In this document: positions 1-12,947 of the stretch, piece by piece
Numbering within the stretch: the stretch's first letter is position 1
How the letters are laid out: each line of letters begins with the position of its first letter
NCBI GenBank assembly: GCA_047495785.1
Contig: JBLDXI010000054.1
Location: 2,046,001-2,110,000 of the forward strand
Reading direction: 5' to 3'
Length of the DNA stretch: 64,000 nt
Source: Lepidodermella squamata
Lineage: Eukaryota; Animalia; Gastrotricha
Translations under genes and position numbers: made by a program
Notes under the pieces: generated by a model
The model's database searches: none
What the model saw: only the letters and a program-made list of their open reading frames with translations
Told to the model about the DNA's origin: nothing

Positions 1-8
1 TATCAGCC

Positions 9-770
9 ATGCGGCCGCCATCTGTATCTGAGGAGGAATCCGTGGCCGAATATCCGCCGCCTCAACCGCCACAACCTAATGCTGAATATGGCCCTGAAAG
101 CAACCCGCCGTCTCCGCCCATACTGCCAGCCAACGCTCGAGATTTCGTTTATCGAGACGGGTTCCAACGCAACAACACGTGGTTGCACGATGACGGCACC
201 GTTTCACAAGTAACGACTCGCTTCACTGAGGCGGAAAACGAAGCGCCGTTTTTGTACAGGCGCCTCGCCAACGCCCAGCCAGATGGCCCTCGCGTTACCA
301 TGATGCTGCAGGCAGTGCCATCCTCCTTGAAGCCGGCGTCAGTTCTGCCCGATAGAATGCCGGACGAAGGGGCGCTGCACACGCTCGAGTACCGCACGTG
401 GCGGGTCATCTTTACCGAACGCATCATGCGCTTGGTAACGCCGCGTACCAGACTGGAGCAGGTGCTGGGAACGACAGATATCCCGCGGCTGGAATACAAC
501 TCGTTGACATTAAATGCGCGTATTACCCTGCCAGCGCGATTCAATTTGTGGCAGACGCAACCATTTTCGGAACTCGAGGAAATTACTCTGATGAGTAACG
601 ATTGGAACTCGGAGTTCTATGTTGGAGGCGGAGTTCGACAGGTCCCCTGCAACCGAATGTTGGACCAACACATCTTCTTAGATGACCTGGCTTACATGAG
701 GCAGTTGAATGCGGAGGGATATCTCATCAACCCCAGTCTTCCGCACGGCTTCCCCGACCAGCCGATGTAA
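9..770 (+). CDS. Unknown 253-aa ORF with Pro-rich N-terminus (may be the 3' exon of a gene starting before the window, or TE-derived)
   Basis: Long, GC-rich open frame in an AT-rich genome; no motif recognised. Confidence 0.4.
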   Translation: MRPPSVSEEESVAEYPPPQPPQPNAEYGPESNPPSPPILPANARDFVYRDGFQRNNTWLHDDGTVSQVTTRFTEAENEAPFLYRRLANAQPDGPRVTMMLQAVPSSLKPASVLPDRMPDEGALHTLEYRTWRVIFTERIMRLVTPRTRLEQVLGTTDIPRLEYNSLTLNARITLPARFNLWQTQPFSELEEITLMSNDWNSEFYVGGGVRQVPCNRMLDQHIFLDDLAYMRQLNAEGYLINPSLPHGFPDQPM

Positions 771-1585
771 GCAGACGCGTAAGCCGTTGCCGTTGCCGAT
801 GTAAATACTAATTCTATTTGTAGAGTTTAAAATTACTAACCGTGCTGCACATGTACATAGCACCTTTTTGTCATTATGAATAAACTAAGGGGAAAGGTGT
901 AAAAAGGTGATAAGATGTGTGTGTGTACTCACGTATAATTGGCGACTGGCCAAGGAAGTTGGCAGTCGGCCAAGGGAATAAAATAACGTGGTTGGCAACT
1001 GGCCAAGGAGTTTGGCAGTTGGCCATGGAATGTCGGCATCGAGCCAACACAAGAATTAAACATAAATATACTAAATTCCTTAGATCTATCCGGCCTATAT
1101 AAGCGCCGTTGAAAACGTGCAAGAATCATCATTTTATGCAAATAATAAAACCTTTGATTTATACTCTTGGACTTAGCATTTTCGCGACTTTCTTTTGGTT
1201 GCTATTGTATTTCATTTACAAGAAGTTTTACGAGCCGCATATTAATCCTTCGCAGGAATAATTCAGTAGTACAAGAACTCACGAGAGATATTACTTTTCA
1301 TTAGTTTACAAAGTTTCCGTACTACACTAAAAGCAACGTCTCCTTAGCAACTAAGAAAAAAACGTAGTTAAGCACTTATGATTCATCGCTAGCTCTTTTA
1401 CAGCCCTCGTTAGCTGCATCCCTAGATAAGTGCACGACCCACAGCCCCGACCCCGTGCACTAATCGAGGGAGCACTGTAGTCGGAATTCGGACATTAAAA
1501 TTTCAAATGTGGTCGAGGCTATGTGCACCGTGCACCCCAAAAAAGGTACAACCAACAGCCAAGTTGCTACCTGTACCCAACGGGT

Positions 1586-1617
<32 letters not shown>
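1586..1617. repeat. (CAT)n microsatellite
   Basis: About 10 tandem CAT units. Confidence 0.9.
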
Positions 1618-1672
1618 TTTATTCGTAAATTGATATTTACAGGATTAGAAGAGCAGGCCACTTACACTAACC

Positions 1673-2363
1673 CAGGGTTTTTTTTAAGATTTCGTTTGGT
1701 GTTTACAAAATCTTGTTTGGTATTTACACATAAAAACCTTAAAAACTTTGCGAATTAGCGGATGCACTGAACTTCCCGGCGGCTGATTTGGCATGCACCG
1801 CACCCCGTTTTTTTGACAGAAAAATTCGCGGAAAATTCCATGTCAAACGTTTTTAACCTTCAATATTCAATATGCTGCATGGTCGAAATAAGAATACCTA
1901 TAGCATATCTACCTCCGCGAGCGAAGCGAGCTTTAGCTAACGGTTTCTTTCTATAATTTTAGTTGAAAATAGTCTAAAATTGATTCGACATTACGAGTGA
2001 ATGATTTCTTGCTGCGTCTCTCGCGGCCCTGCAATTTTGAAAAATTTCCTTTCCCCATACCAAATCACCCTTATCAACCCTTATTCCTAAATGGACTTCA
2101 TCGATTTCACCTTCAAGAATGACTATTACAGGAGCAGTATGATATCATTTCATGATGTTTAATTCGAGAAATTACCCAACGGCGAGCGAAGTGAGCTTTA
2201 GCTGACGATTTTTCCAAACTTCAGCTCTGAAAATGGTCTAACAAAATTACCCGTAACTATCCCGTCAACTCCTCATTTAGGGGCGATCTAAGATTTTGGT
2301 GTTTACGCTTCACCGTTTTGGTGTTTACTTTGTAAACCTGTAAACCCCTTAAAAAAAACACTG
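1673..2363. mobile_element. Non-autonomous DNA transposon (MITE) with CAG..CTG termini and 7-bp target-site duplication
   Basis: Left end CAGGGTTTTTTTTAAG; right end CTTAAAAAAAACACTG; ACTAACC flanks both ends (1666-1672, 2364-2370); subterminal TTTGGTGTTTAC repeats. Confidence 0.75.
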
Positions 2364-5191
2364 ACTAACCCGACTAGTTGTCATATAGCGTACTATTTTT
2401 TGATAATAATAAGTATTGCAATTAGTTCACACGATCAAGATTATTTTTAAATAAAGCATTCTTCTTAGTAAGAGGCAGATTATCATCGAAGTCGAAAATA
2501 TGGGCGTTAAACGATTCCATATGTTCACAATACGAGTCAAGGAGTAATTTTTTTTATAGGCTTGGTCCCCAATACGTCATATTGACGTCATCCCAATGAC
2601 AAAATTCGGTTTTTTCTGGTCTTATCGATTGTTGTTGACCATTTTTTCATTGGGATGACGTCAGGATGACGTATTGGGGGCCTGTGGCGAACGCGTGCAT
2701 TTTCATGGGGGACAAGAAAAAGCATAAGAAAAAGGTTACCTTTTTCAAGTGTGAAAAAAATGATTGAAAACAAGGCTTGCGGGCCGCAACCAATAAAAGT
2801 TACCAAGTTGAGTACTGGGCCGCATGCGGCTCGAAAAATGAATTGAAGATTGAGAATGAAGATTGAGAATCAATGGTTTCTTTAATTCGTGATCGGTAAA
2901 GTGACACTTCTTCCCTAAAGATGAGACGTAGTGCGCGAAATACCGGGGGGAAATGGATATCGTACCCCCCACTTCGCAAGGCCAATTTGGCCTTGCAAAA
3001 GGGGAAAAGCCCGAAAGAAGGGTAAATTTATAAACTCACCTTCCTAAAAATGTAGGTCCCCTGGTTCGAGAATCCTAATTTCCCGCCCTGATCGGGCGCG
3101 GACGGTGGACGCATGAAGGTGAGTTCAGATGTGGTCCAGGCTGATTCTTCGAGCTGATTCTCGAAACCCGGAGATGTAGAGCCCCACATCAGAGCCACAG
3201 GAGAAAATGGCTTCCTTCAACTTTCTGAACTTTCTTATCATTCTTCTGAACTCCGAACAGCAGGTGCACATAACAACGTGATTGTACTCTCAAATGGGCA
3301 CACATAGCAATTTAATTTGGTGCGCATAGCAACTTAGTTGCACCCGAGTAGGGTGTAAAAGTAGTTGAATCGTGGCTATAGGCTATAGGCTATAGGCAAA
3401 CTGTTAATTAATAGGTTATCCACCACCTCCCATTTATTTTAGATAAAAATCCCGTTGAAGACCGAGACATTTTCAATTCAAGTGTACGTCCGAAAAGTGA
3501 ACGTGAAAACTTACCCCCTTTTCTCAACGGTAGAGAAAATCGGAAAGCCCGGCCTTTGAGCCCGGCTCTCTCAATTCTTTTGCCCGGCTCTCGCGCCATT
3601 TGCAGTGAAATCATTGCCCGGAAATCAAGTCCGGAATCTGTTCCAATCCGATTAATCCGTCCCACAAGCGAATTCGATTATAACAAGTCCTTGATTGCCC
3701 GCAGCTGCAATTCGTGCCAATTTTCACCAAATTCAAATTCACACTGATCAAATGTCGTGAACACTGACAACCGCTGAATTGACTTTAGCTCAAGTATATC
3801 ATTGCTTATAAGTTTTCTCCTGAAGAGCCGTTTGCTGAATATTGCAGCGGCTAAAGTGGGAGCTGCTGAAGTGTCTATTACTGAAATAGCGACTGCTGAA
3901 GTAGCGGCTGCTGAAGTGTCTCCTACTTAAATATCACTGCTGGACTGACGTTGCTGAACTGTCTTACAATCGTGGAAATAGGACCATTGGTTATGAGAGC
4001 AAAATTCAATTATTTTGCGAGAACGATTGCAAATGGCACGAAACTTGCCGGCTGTAAAAGCATCCTAATGTCCTATCTATGGGCAGAATACTTGGTACTC
4101 GGACTAAACTGCTCTTAGCCCCAAGGCAGAATATCCGAGGAGTGCTGGCGTGAAAAATTGTTACCAGCATTCAGTGATGCCGATTCTTGGAGATTTGATT
4201 TAAATTTTAGTCAAATCTAAACTAAAGCACACCATTAAGGTGCAAAGCTTTCATGATCAAAGCAAAAACTTTGTCTTAAAGCTTATTTTTGTTGTCCAAT
4301 TATGATGAGTGATGAAAACAGGACGCGAATACAGAATACACTTTTTTGTCTAACGCTGAAGACAATGAGAAATGGCTTTTGATCAGCGTCATACGCAATT
4401 ATGAATCAAGTATGCTTCGCTCTCCCCGGCTTTGAGTTGGATATGAAGGAAATTGACTGGCTTCGCTTTGGAACAAGGGCAAGAGTAAATCACTTGAAGC
4501 ATAGCATAAATCAAAACATATTGGCATCACTGTTTGCGATGTACCGCATTACTTTCAGAAATATGACCTATAGGGATGATCTGATCTATATATAAAAATG
4601 AACAACAGCTCCGAGCTTTGACAATTTGCAGCATATTTAATTTTCACCAGTATTCAGTAGGTTTCGCATGATGAACGATGAGATTTAAAGGTTTACTTTC
4701 AAGGAATTCAATGCCCAATTGTGGAAAATATTGACTGCAAGGATCTATGTTCAAATTGCCGCAACCGATGAGGTTTAAGCTGAACTTTAACCAATTATCA
4801 TTCGCACTGCTTCTGTACTCGAATGAATCGCCATCGCTAATTCGATCAAGGGCGGTGATGCGAATTCTTGTTCAAACTCGCCTCTGCATTCAATTGATTG
4901 ACGCCTTATATGACAAGCCCGACGTCTCGTGAAAAAAATGTAACTCGCAACTCGCAAGGGATGTGGTTATGACATGTACCATTTAGTTTCATAAAACATA
5001 CGCCATTAAACTGTCACTGTTCATTTCATCAGGGCCACTAGCGATGTGCTAAAATTAATTCAATTAAACGGAGAGGGTCGCCCTACAAATCACGTCTACG
5101 AAATTTGTCAGAGCGTGTTAGGCCAAAAACCTGCTATATAAGTCAGTGCCACGTGAGAGATGTAACCATTGAGCCTCAGCTTGTTTCTGTG

Positions 5192-5629
5192 ATGATGCAT
5201 AGTAGGTTAACGAGTTTCTTAGCTATCATTTTGTCGCTTATTACTATTAGTGTGCTAGCCGCCCCAAGCCAGCCCGATCCTAGCAGAGCGTCGCAGCTGA
5301 AATTAGCGGTTTTTTCCAAGTTGGCGGCTCGGCGTGGAAATGTTCAGTCCACAGCTCAAATTGACCATCAGCAAGCGATGAGTAAGTGTAGCCGAAATTG
5401 GAAAAGCTGAAAAGTCTAAATCCTATTTATGCTCACAGGAAAGTTGATAACAGGTCTTGTTATGAGAAAAGACTTAGCTGGCTTGAAAAAGGTGGCCTAC
5501 GACCTCGACCAAGCTCGTCGATTGAATAAATGCGTCAAAGCTCTTGGTTCGATGGCTGTCTGCGACAATCGAGTCGGATTCTACATTTGGGCGCAGTTAT
5601 TAGCGCGGAAAATCAGGCAGGGACAGTAG
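5192..5629 (+). CDS. Secreted prepropeptide family, copy 1 (126 aa; exons 5192-5381, 5439-5629)
   Basis: TATATAA at 5135; hydrophobic signal FLAIILSLITISVLA; 57-bp phase-1 GTAAGT..CAG intron joins two ORFs; RR followed by LNKCVKALGSMAVCDNRVGFYIWAQLLARKIRQGQ. Confidence 0.85.
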
Positions 5630-6489
5630 TTTTGCGATTAATTTGATGTACACTCACATGCTGATCAATCGAAAAATTCGTGAAATTTCTGCGGTTTTGC
5701 GAGACATCGTACATGTGTCCATAGGCTTCGCGAACGACAAATCCGCTAACTACAATAAAGATTCTGCTGGTCAGCTAGGTGGACTGAATCTGAATTTATT
5801 TAGTTGCGATACTTTCGCAAAAAGATCGACAGTACAATATAATAACATAGCCAAAGATCAACACCTATACCATTCACCAATACGCTATTCTCTATTACCG
5901 AAAGTTGCGCTGATATATTCAGTTTAATGTAACCTGAGAAAACATGTTATCTGATATGATTTCGTATATTGGAAATCATGGTTGCACTTGTATAAACACC
6001 TGTGTTAAAACAGGCTGTTTAAACACATGTTTAAACAGTATAAAGTCCGAGGGTTTACACATATGTATAAAGTCCTAATATAAAATGCCCCAAATTACTA
6101 AAAAAACCCAGCAGGTTTCCGCCATGATCTTGAATCTTTTATAGCAATGATGCAAATCTGGATTACTCGCTGCAATTTATCGTATTTGATGATGTGCTGA
6201 TGTTGCACCTCTGAAATTTTTATCATTCACAAAAACCGAAAAAGTTTAATTATCCATAAGAGCGCCATACATCTAATTCTTGGCCTCGTGAGCGTTGCTC
6301 TGAAATTTAACATGTTTTCGCTAAGAATGAAAATTGTAGTGCACAATTAACTTTGCTGTAGTTTAACTGTAGTTACAGATTCAAAAATTAGGCTGGTGTG
6401 GACTCACGTACCAGAAATTTTCAATTTTGAAACAGCCTATTGAAAATAGCTCTATTTTTGTTTGTGCATGTCGTTAGAAGGAATGAAGC

Positions 6490-6731
6490 ATTAGCGCGCG
6501 CATCTTCCATTAGAAAGCATTAAATTTGGGCATTAGTGCGCGCACCTTTCAAAAGCCTGTTACGTAATGATAGCGATAGCGACTGTGCGCGCGTATTAAC
6601 AGCAGTTTTAGGAACTAGGCGTGGCATTAACGCGTGCGCTCAAGCTCTCGTCATTGCGTAACGTCATTGCGAAAGGTGCGCGCACAAATGCTCAAATTTA
6701 ATGCTTTGTAACGGAAGAGGCGCGCGCTAAT
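6490..6731. mobile_element. MITE-like long inverted repeat
   Basis: About 60-bp imperfect arms: ATTAGCGCGCGCATCTTCC...GTGCGCGCACCTTTC versus GAAAGGTGCGCGCAC...GGAAGAGGCGCGCGCTAAT. Confidence 0.7.
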
Positions 6732-7513
6732 CCACGCCTAATTAACCGAATAAACGCAGACTGCTGGGTACACTGGCTTTTTCACTGATCGCGGGTTACA
6801 CGTCAAATACACATATCAAGATATCGGAATGATCTACTAAATGGTGCCAAAAATACAAACGGTATCGCTTAATATCTGTTATTGAAACTAATAGCATGAT
6901 ATAGGGCTGTATTTCTTAATATTTCCGAATAAAATGGATTCCGTGGTCCAGAGCTGTTTAAACATCTGTTTTGTTTTTTTGTTTAGCGAATTATTTTGTT
7001 TAGCGGAAACATTTTCTTAGCACGGCAAGCGCAAATAATGTTTTCCAGTGGACAGGCAAGGCATACTTATTATTGATCCAGCACTGTACGAAAGCAACCT
7101 TTGCAGATTCCGGAGGCGGGAGCCCTCGTTGTTATGTAGGTGTGCCGTTTGCTAAATTAATTGGTGAAATTTGAAAACTCCAGTTGATTAGCCCCAGTTT
7201 CGGCATTTTAGAGAGATTTGATTGACACCTTAGTATGGTAAGTCCCATGAAAAAGTACGTTACCTTTCAAGAGAAGCGATCAGGTATGTGGCATTTGATA
7301 TTGAATTACAGGAAAACAAATCCAGCTGAAATTTGCTAATTGCTCACTTTCATCTCACTTTATTAGAGCAACAAGGGACTTGCAAGACTTAATTAAACGC
7401 ATTACTTGGGAGACAAACGATTCTGCGAGTTTGTCGCAGCGGGCTACGCCAATAAAACTTTGCATATAAAGCTGGGACGATGTAACTTTTGGCTCTCATA
7501 TTTCGTATCAGCA

Positions 7514-7949
7514 ATGGCTCAGAATAGATTAATGATTGGCTTAGCTATCATTTGGTCGCTCATGATCGCTGCAGTGTCAGCCAACCCAATCCAGATCGGC
7601 ACTAGCAGAGCGTCGCAGCTGCGATCAGCCGTCTTCACCAAGTTGGCTTCTCGGCGAGAAAATGTTCAGTCCAAAGCCCGAATCGACCACCATCAAGCAA
7701 TGAGTAAGAAAAGCCATATGATAGTACTAAATATTCTAAATACAACTTTCCCCTGCAGGAATGTTAATAACAGGTCTTGTTACGAGGAAAGACTTCGCTG
7801 GCTTGCAAAAGGTGGCCTACGACCTCGACCGTGCTCGTCGATTGAACAAATGCGTCAAGGCTCTTGGATCGATGGCTGTTTGCGATAACCGAGTAGGATT
7901 CTACATTTGGGCGCAATTGTTGGCGCGGAAAATCATGCAGGGGCAGTAG
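7514..7949 (+). CDS. Secreted prepropeptide family, copy 2 (exons 7514-7703, 7759-7949)
   Basis: TATAAA at 7465; signal peptide; 55-bp phase-1 intron at the homologous position; conserved C-terminal peptide. Confidence 0.88.
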
Positions 7950-9454
7950 CATAGCGATTACTATGGTGCACGTGTTCACTCGCATGCTTATCAATCGAAA
8001 AATTCGTGACATTTTAGTTAGCTATTGAAGCATCAAGAGCATGAATAAAGCATGTCATCTGATTTATTAATTTCTGAAGGAATATCTTTGAACGCGATAG
8101 AAAGCTATGAGAAAAGCTCTCCGCAGTCAAATGACAAGTTTAGGTTCAATTTAAACATGAACTTGAAATAGTAGATGACAGCTTCTGAGGTGCGATTCAG
8201 CCTTTGAAGAATGTACGTGCCGCCACAGTCATCTATTTCACGACCCATGTGCTCCTTCAACGAACTGCGATCGACTCGCGTCTTGCAAAAATCAATAAAG
8301 CATTGTGAAATCTGCTCTTCGTTCTGAGACCAGCGCTGATATCTTGAAATTATTGCGATCTCAGTGTTGATCGAAATCGGCTTGCGACTGTGTGATCTGT
8401 GGTGGTATTTTAAAGCAGATTTATCGAGGAACAGTATCGAAATCGAACAATTTTCCCTCATTTTTCACTGTTTGTTGATGGAACCTGGAAGCAAAGCCGA
8501 CACAAGGAAACACGTGATTCATGCGCATGAATCTGAACCAGACGACAGCGTGAACCTTGCGCGTGAATAACATGTGTGGCTAGTGACTTGGATGTCCAAA
8601 CCAAAAGTAATGGTGCTTTCCACCGAGAATCCTCAACAAATTGTTGTTAAAATTCAGTAAAAAATCGTTGAAGGTCAAACTTCCAGGTTCCATCAACAAA
8701 CTTGAGAGCAGTGTGCGACTTTCAGGGGGGGGTCATCCCCCAAGCTCGACCGAGCCAGAGAGCAAAATGGGAATTTATCCCATTGTTTTGTTAATTTTGA
8801 GAGGTTTTAGAGTGTGTTTTAGAGGAAAATCTTCAAAGTTATCTCGCTTCGCTCGCTTTTTAGAATGCGAGCATTTTTTTCCATACCTGGTAGCTCCGGG
8901 ATCCAAGATCGCACCCTGCTTGAGAGGACCAGCTCTGATTAAAAAAAATCGATCGAAGAAAAATAAACTTCTTTGTTTACTTTCCCACCGAAATTTTGAG
9001 CTTTTTTCATGATTTAGCTAAACATCTGCGACCCATGGTGTTCCGCTCTTTTCTCGTGAGTACTTAGTCTAATTTAAATTAGTCTATGGATCCAACTGAT
9101 AGAAATGTCGGGAAGTATGCAAATTCAAGGGAAACAGCCTCAGTTCCGCCATTAGAGGAGAGTTTTAATTGACGCCTTATGACTGAAATCCTCATGAGAA
9201 TGAATATAGAACGCTCAAGATAAGTGTGACATCAGATATTGAATCGCAGGAAACGAATTCCAGGTGCACTACGCCAATTTTTCGCTCGGTAAATTAGAGC
9301 ATCTAACGAGTTGCAAGACATAATTAGAAGCGCATTAGGATTCCCCACGACAACAGACGTCTGCAGTTTTGTCACAGAGTGTTAGGCTAAAAAACTTGCT
9401 TTGCTTATAAAGCTGGGACGATATACCTTTTGACCCTCATATTTCCTAACTGCA

Positions 9455-9893
9455 ATGGCACCGAGTAGAATATGGAGTTGTTTAGCTTTCGTTTCGACGC
9501 TGATGATCGCTGCTGTGCTGGCTACCCCAAGTCTGCGCAATACTAGCAAGGCATCGCGGCTGAAATTAGCTGTTTTTTCCAAGTTGACTGCTCGGCATGG
9601 TAATATTCAGTCAAGAGCCCAAATCGCCCACCAACAAGCGATGAGTAAGAATAGCCATAATATGAAAGTGTTGAATATTCGAAATATAATGTTTCCCTGT
9701 AGGAATGTTGATAACAGGTCTTGTTATGAGGAAAGACTTCGCTGGCTTGCAAAAGGTGGCCTACGACCTTGACCGGGCTCGTCGATTGGACAAATGCGTC
9801 AAAGCTCTTGGCTCAAAGGCTGTCTGCGACAACCGAGTCGCATTCTACATTTGGGCGCAATTGTTGGCGCGGAAAATCATGCAGGGGCAGTAG
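9455..9893 (+). CDS. Secreted prepropeptide family, copy 3 (exons 9455-9644, 9703-9893)
   Basis: TATAAA at 9406; signal peptide; 58-bp phase-1 intron; RR-LDKCVKALGSKAVCDNRVAFYIWAQLLARKIMQGQ. Confidence 0.88.
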
Positions 9894-11098
9894 TATAGCG
9901 ATTTCTTCGATGCACGTGTTCACTCGCATGTTTTTATCACTTATCAATCGAAAAATCGTGAATTCGTATTGTCTCGGTCGAAATAAAATTACTTAAAGTT
10001 TGCCAATTGTTCAATATTTCACCTTAAAACGTGCCCTAAAAGAACGTACGTAAAACGTTTACCTGATATTTTATTCATGACCAGCAAATTTCAAGGTCTT
10101 CTTGCTCACTAAAGCCTTTATTCGAGTTCCGAATAACGAATAAGTACCGGCTGTGGGCACAATTCGACCCTTCTCCGGCCTCACGAAAATTTTTATTACT
10201 CTTTCATCGGCCGCACATTTGATTCAGCTTTTTGCCCTCCCTAGTTTACTTAGGACATAAGGACTTGGCTTTACATATGAGAAAAAATGCTCAAGATTGT
10301 AATTTTCGACCCAGCAAAGCAGTTTGCGTGCGATGAGTTGTTTTACTGCAATTTTAGCTGAAAATAGTATAAATCAGGCTGATTTCGCGAATGAGGCATC
10401 TGGCCGCCCTCCAGCAATTCTTCGCGTAAAGCCTTCCGGCCACCATGAGCTGCCCAGCCGACCGGAAAAACTGAGTTTGCGGAGCACTGAGCTAGGAGAA
10501 TCTGACCGGATTATATTGTTTTCACTTATTCAATTCTTCCCTTTCGTCCATTGTAATTTAGAGGGGATTTTTAGCGCTTGGGTCATTTTGCATGGCTCAT
10601 TCGCATCTCTGGGCGAGAGCGAGACTAGATAGAGAGCTAGACGTAATATAGACCAACCCATGACAAGACGTTTGCCTTTTTGTCTTGGGTTGGTGCGAAT
10701 AACGTCTATCTCATTGCATGAACTCGAAAACCTCCTCAAACGGACGGCGGAACTGTGACACTTGATAGTCCTTTTAAGCTAATGACAAGTCTTGGATGAA
10801 TAATTGCATTTCAAGGCAGACAGATATTTAATTAAATTTAGAAGCATTACAATTGGGTGGAGGTCATGCGGTGCTTTCACTGCCACATCAAGGCTACGGG
10901 TTCAAATTATGTCTGCAACTTTCTACACCCTACTTTTTGCGTAAATTCTTCGGTTTCAGGTTTAAGGGCGTGAATAATTAGTCATTAGAGAGTCCAAGGA
11001 AATGTCCAGTCACCCTAAATATTTTCAACAAAGCTTGAACTTGTTTATCATCCCGAGGTGTAATGCACGCTATCAATGGAACTTGGTTTTGCAATTCT

Positions 11099-12640
11099 CT
11101 TCCACTAGAAATTGAGATTCTCAGAACGCGGGATAACTTATTTTGGCTAGTTTTTATAATGTTTCTCTCCCCTGCCTCGTGGATGAAATTATTACCGTGA
11201 TACTGTTTTATATAATAATGCATATTTTCGTCCGATGTAATTATGCTAAAATGAGTCGAAAGTCGGAATGAACTAATAATTGTCTTCATTGATTTAGATG
11301 TTGTAGTGGGGGACATGCGCGATAAGAGCGAGGTAGAGACACACGCACAGCACGTTCGGAGGTATTGTGTACCGTACATTGAAGCAATCATATTTCATCT
11401 ATCGCAACTCAAAGCGGACACCATACACGCAACGAGCAAATGCAATCGAAGCAGCAAATGTAGCTGCGGGATATCGCATGCTATGGCAGGTGCAGTGTCC
11501 GAGATCAGAATTGCGCGCGGGAAGCGTATCAGAAAACCATTGTTGTTGCAATCAGTAGGACATTTCATAGAGATTGGAGATTGTGATCCCATTTTGTTGA
11601 ATTTTCTTTGTTTGGGTGACACACTTGGGACACACTTTATATAGGGACCTGAATTCATCGAGAATCCCATGGGACCACTGCACGATTCGCTCTTTCCTAT
11701 TCATCCGAACTGTCTTATTGGTCCTAGACGTAATCTTGTTGAATACAGTGATTCTTGTTGCCACGTTTTACGGAGGCTGGCAAAATCGAATGAAGAAATA
11801 AAAAAAACATGTATAGAGCCGGTAATTTAAACAATTAAACGCGACCGGATATATTTCGACAAAATTAATTCTATGCAAATACGAAAATCGGCTCACGCTT
11901 TTGTCCTACATGGCTGATAATTTTTCTCTCCAATACGCCATTTGTTTTTCCACTTGCGTCAGCTATTTAAGGCACAACATATTTACCGCCAACCTTCCAT
12001 GCAAGTTCTAAGCTTGAGATAGCGCGGACATGCTCTAAGCGTTAACCTTCCCCTCCATCTACGATATAAGCTTGAAACTGTGCTCAAGGACGTCGGCGCA
12101 TGAACCCTGGCATTTGATTGCAACTTCAGCTTAATGAAAGTAGTGTACACTAACTAATTACAATCATGCTCGAGAGAAATCTTAATGCCTCAACCAAAAA
12201 CCAGACACATAGGGCAGACACATAGGGGCATAATTTCCCCAGATTTAATTTTGATAAAGTAAGTCGAAATGAACTAGTTGTCTATTTTGATTAAGTTGCT
12301 GTGGAGGTTTGGGGTGCTAAGAGCGTGGGAGAGACACGCGCAACGCACAGCACGATCAAACATGGTGAAAAGTAAAGCAGCCAATGTAAGCTTCAGATTT
12401 CAGCGATTGCAAATCTAGGTGGACAACATCCGTTACGTGGAAACTCAATCAAAGTTAAAAGCTGCTTAGATAAATTTCAAAAGTCCGAACTCCGAACCGA
12501 AAATGTTTGATTCATGTTTTGCTGTTTAGATTAAAAAATGCGATTTTTAACGATTTCAGTATTCATCACTGTATCTCTACCATCGACTCGTCACATGTCT
12601 CGAAGTCTGCCCCAGCTAAGGGCAGCATCACTACATCATG
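11099..12640 (+). repeat. Segmental duplicate of about 15150-17190 (upstream region and 5' end of peptide copy 5)
   Basis: Shared blocks in the same order: TTTCCACT..CTCAGAAC, AATTATGCTAAAAT, GCCAC(G/T)TTTTACGG..AAAATCG, GAACCCT..CATTTGAT, AAAACCAGACACA, ATG..TTTTTAACGATTTCAGTATTCATCACTGTATCT. Confidence 0.7.
12538..12638 (+). pseudogene. Truncated, frameshifted 5' fragment of the copy-5-type prepropeptide gene
   Basis: MRFLTISVFITVSLPST matches MKFLTISVFITVSIPST at 17084; an indel shifts the frame before KSAPAKG; the mature-peptide region is absent and SINE/MITE sequence follows. Confidence 0.7.
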
Positions 12641-12719
12641 GATTAGTTTTTCTAAGCTACAACTGCAATAAGCAAACTAGTTGAATTGAACAAATAATTC
12701 ACAAAGAATAAATGATGAC

Positions 12720-12787
12720 CTAAGATGGATTCGAACCATCGTACTCCCAGGCCGTATCAGCCTCTATGCAGCCGCTGCGCCACGGTG
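12720..12787 (-). mobile_element. tRNA-derived SINE-like head (Pol III A and B boxes)
   Basis: Minus strand reads CACCG-TGGCGCAGCGG (A box)...GGTTCGAATCC (B box); no convincing full cloverleaf. Confidence 0.5.
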
Positions 12788-12797
12788 ATTCACGATT

Positions 12798-12947
12798 GAA
12801 CAAAGGGGTGAAATCGATTTGTTCGCGTTTTTAACAGCCGAAAAACGCCGAAAGCTTTTTGTTCGGCGTTGTTCAGCTGTGAAAACTGTTTGTTCGGCGT
12901 TTTTCGGCTGTTAAAAACGCGAACAAATCAATTTCACCCCTTTGTTC
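12798..12947. mobile_element. Palindromic MITE/hairpin element
   Basis: About 55-bp arms (GAACAAAGGGGTGAAATCGATTTGTTCGCGTTTTTAACAGCCGAAAAACGCCGAA) matching their reverse complement with 1 mismatch. Confidence 0.8.

Noticed and set aside
1507-1758. Poly-His ORF
   Set aside because: Arises from a (CAT)n microsatellite and runs into a MITE
5521-5629. Naming the peptide family as calcitonin/DH31
   Set aside because: C-x9-C ring rather than C-x5-C, no C-terminal Pro-amide signal, no sequence similarity I can support
7406-7888. 160-aa ORF (and the similar 9455-9772 ORF) as a separate protein
   Set aside because: Read-through of the intron into a wrong frame; the spliced model matches the other paralogs
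8105-8461. 118-aa minus-strand ORF as a transposase remnant
   Set aside because: No diagnostic motif recognised
12720-12787. Functional tRNA gene
   Set aside because: A and B boxes are present, but acceptor and anticodon stems could not be formed convincingly; treated as SINE-like
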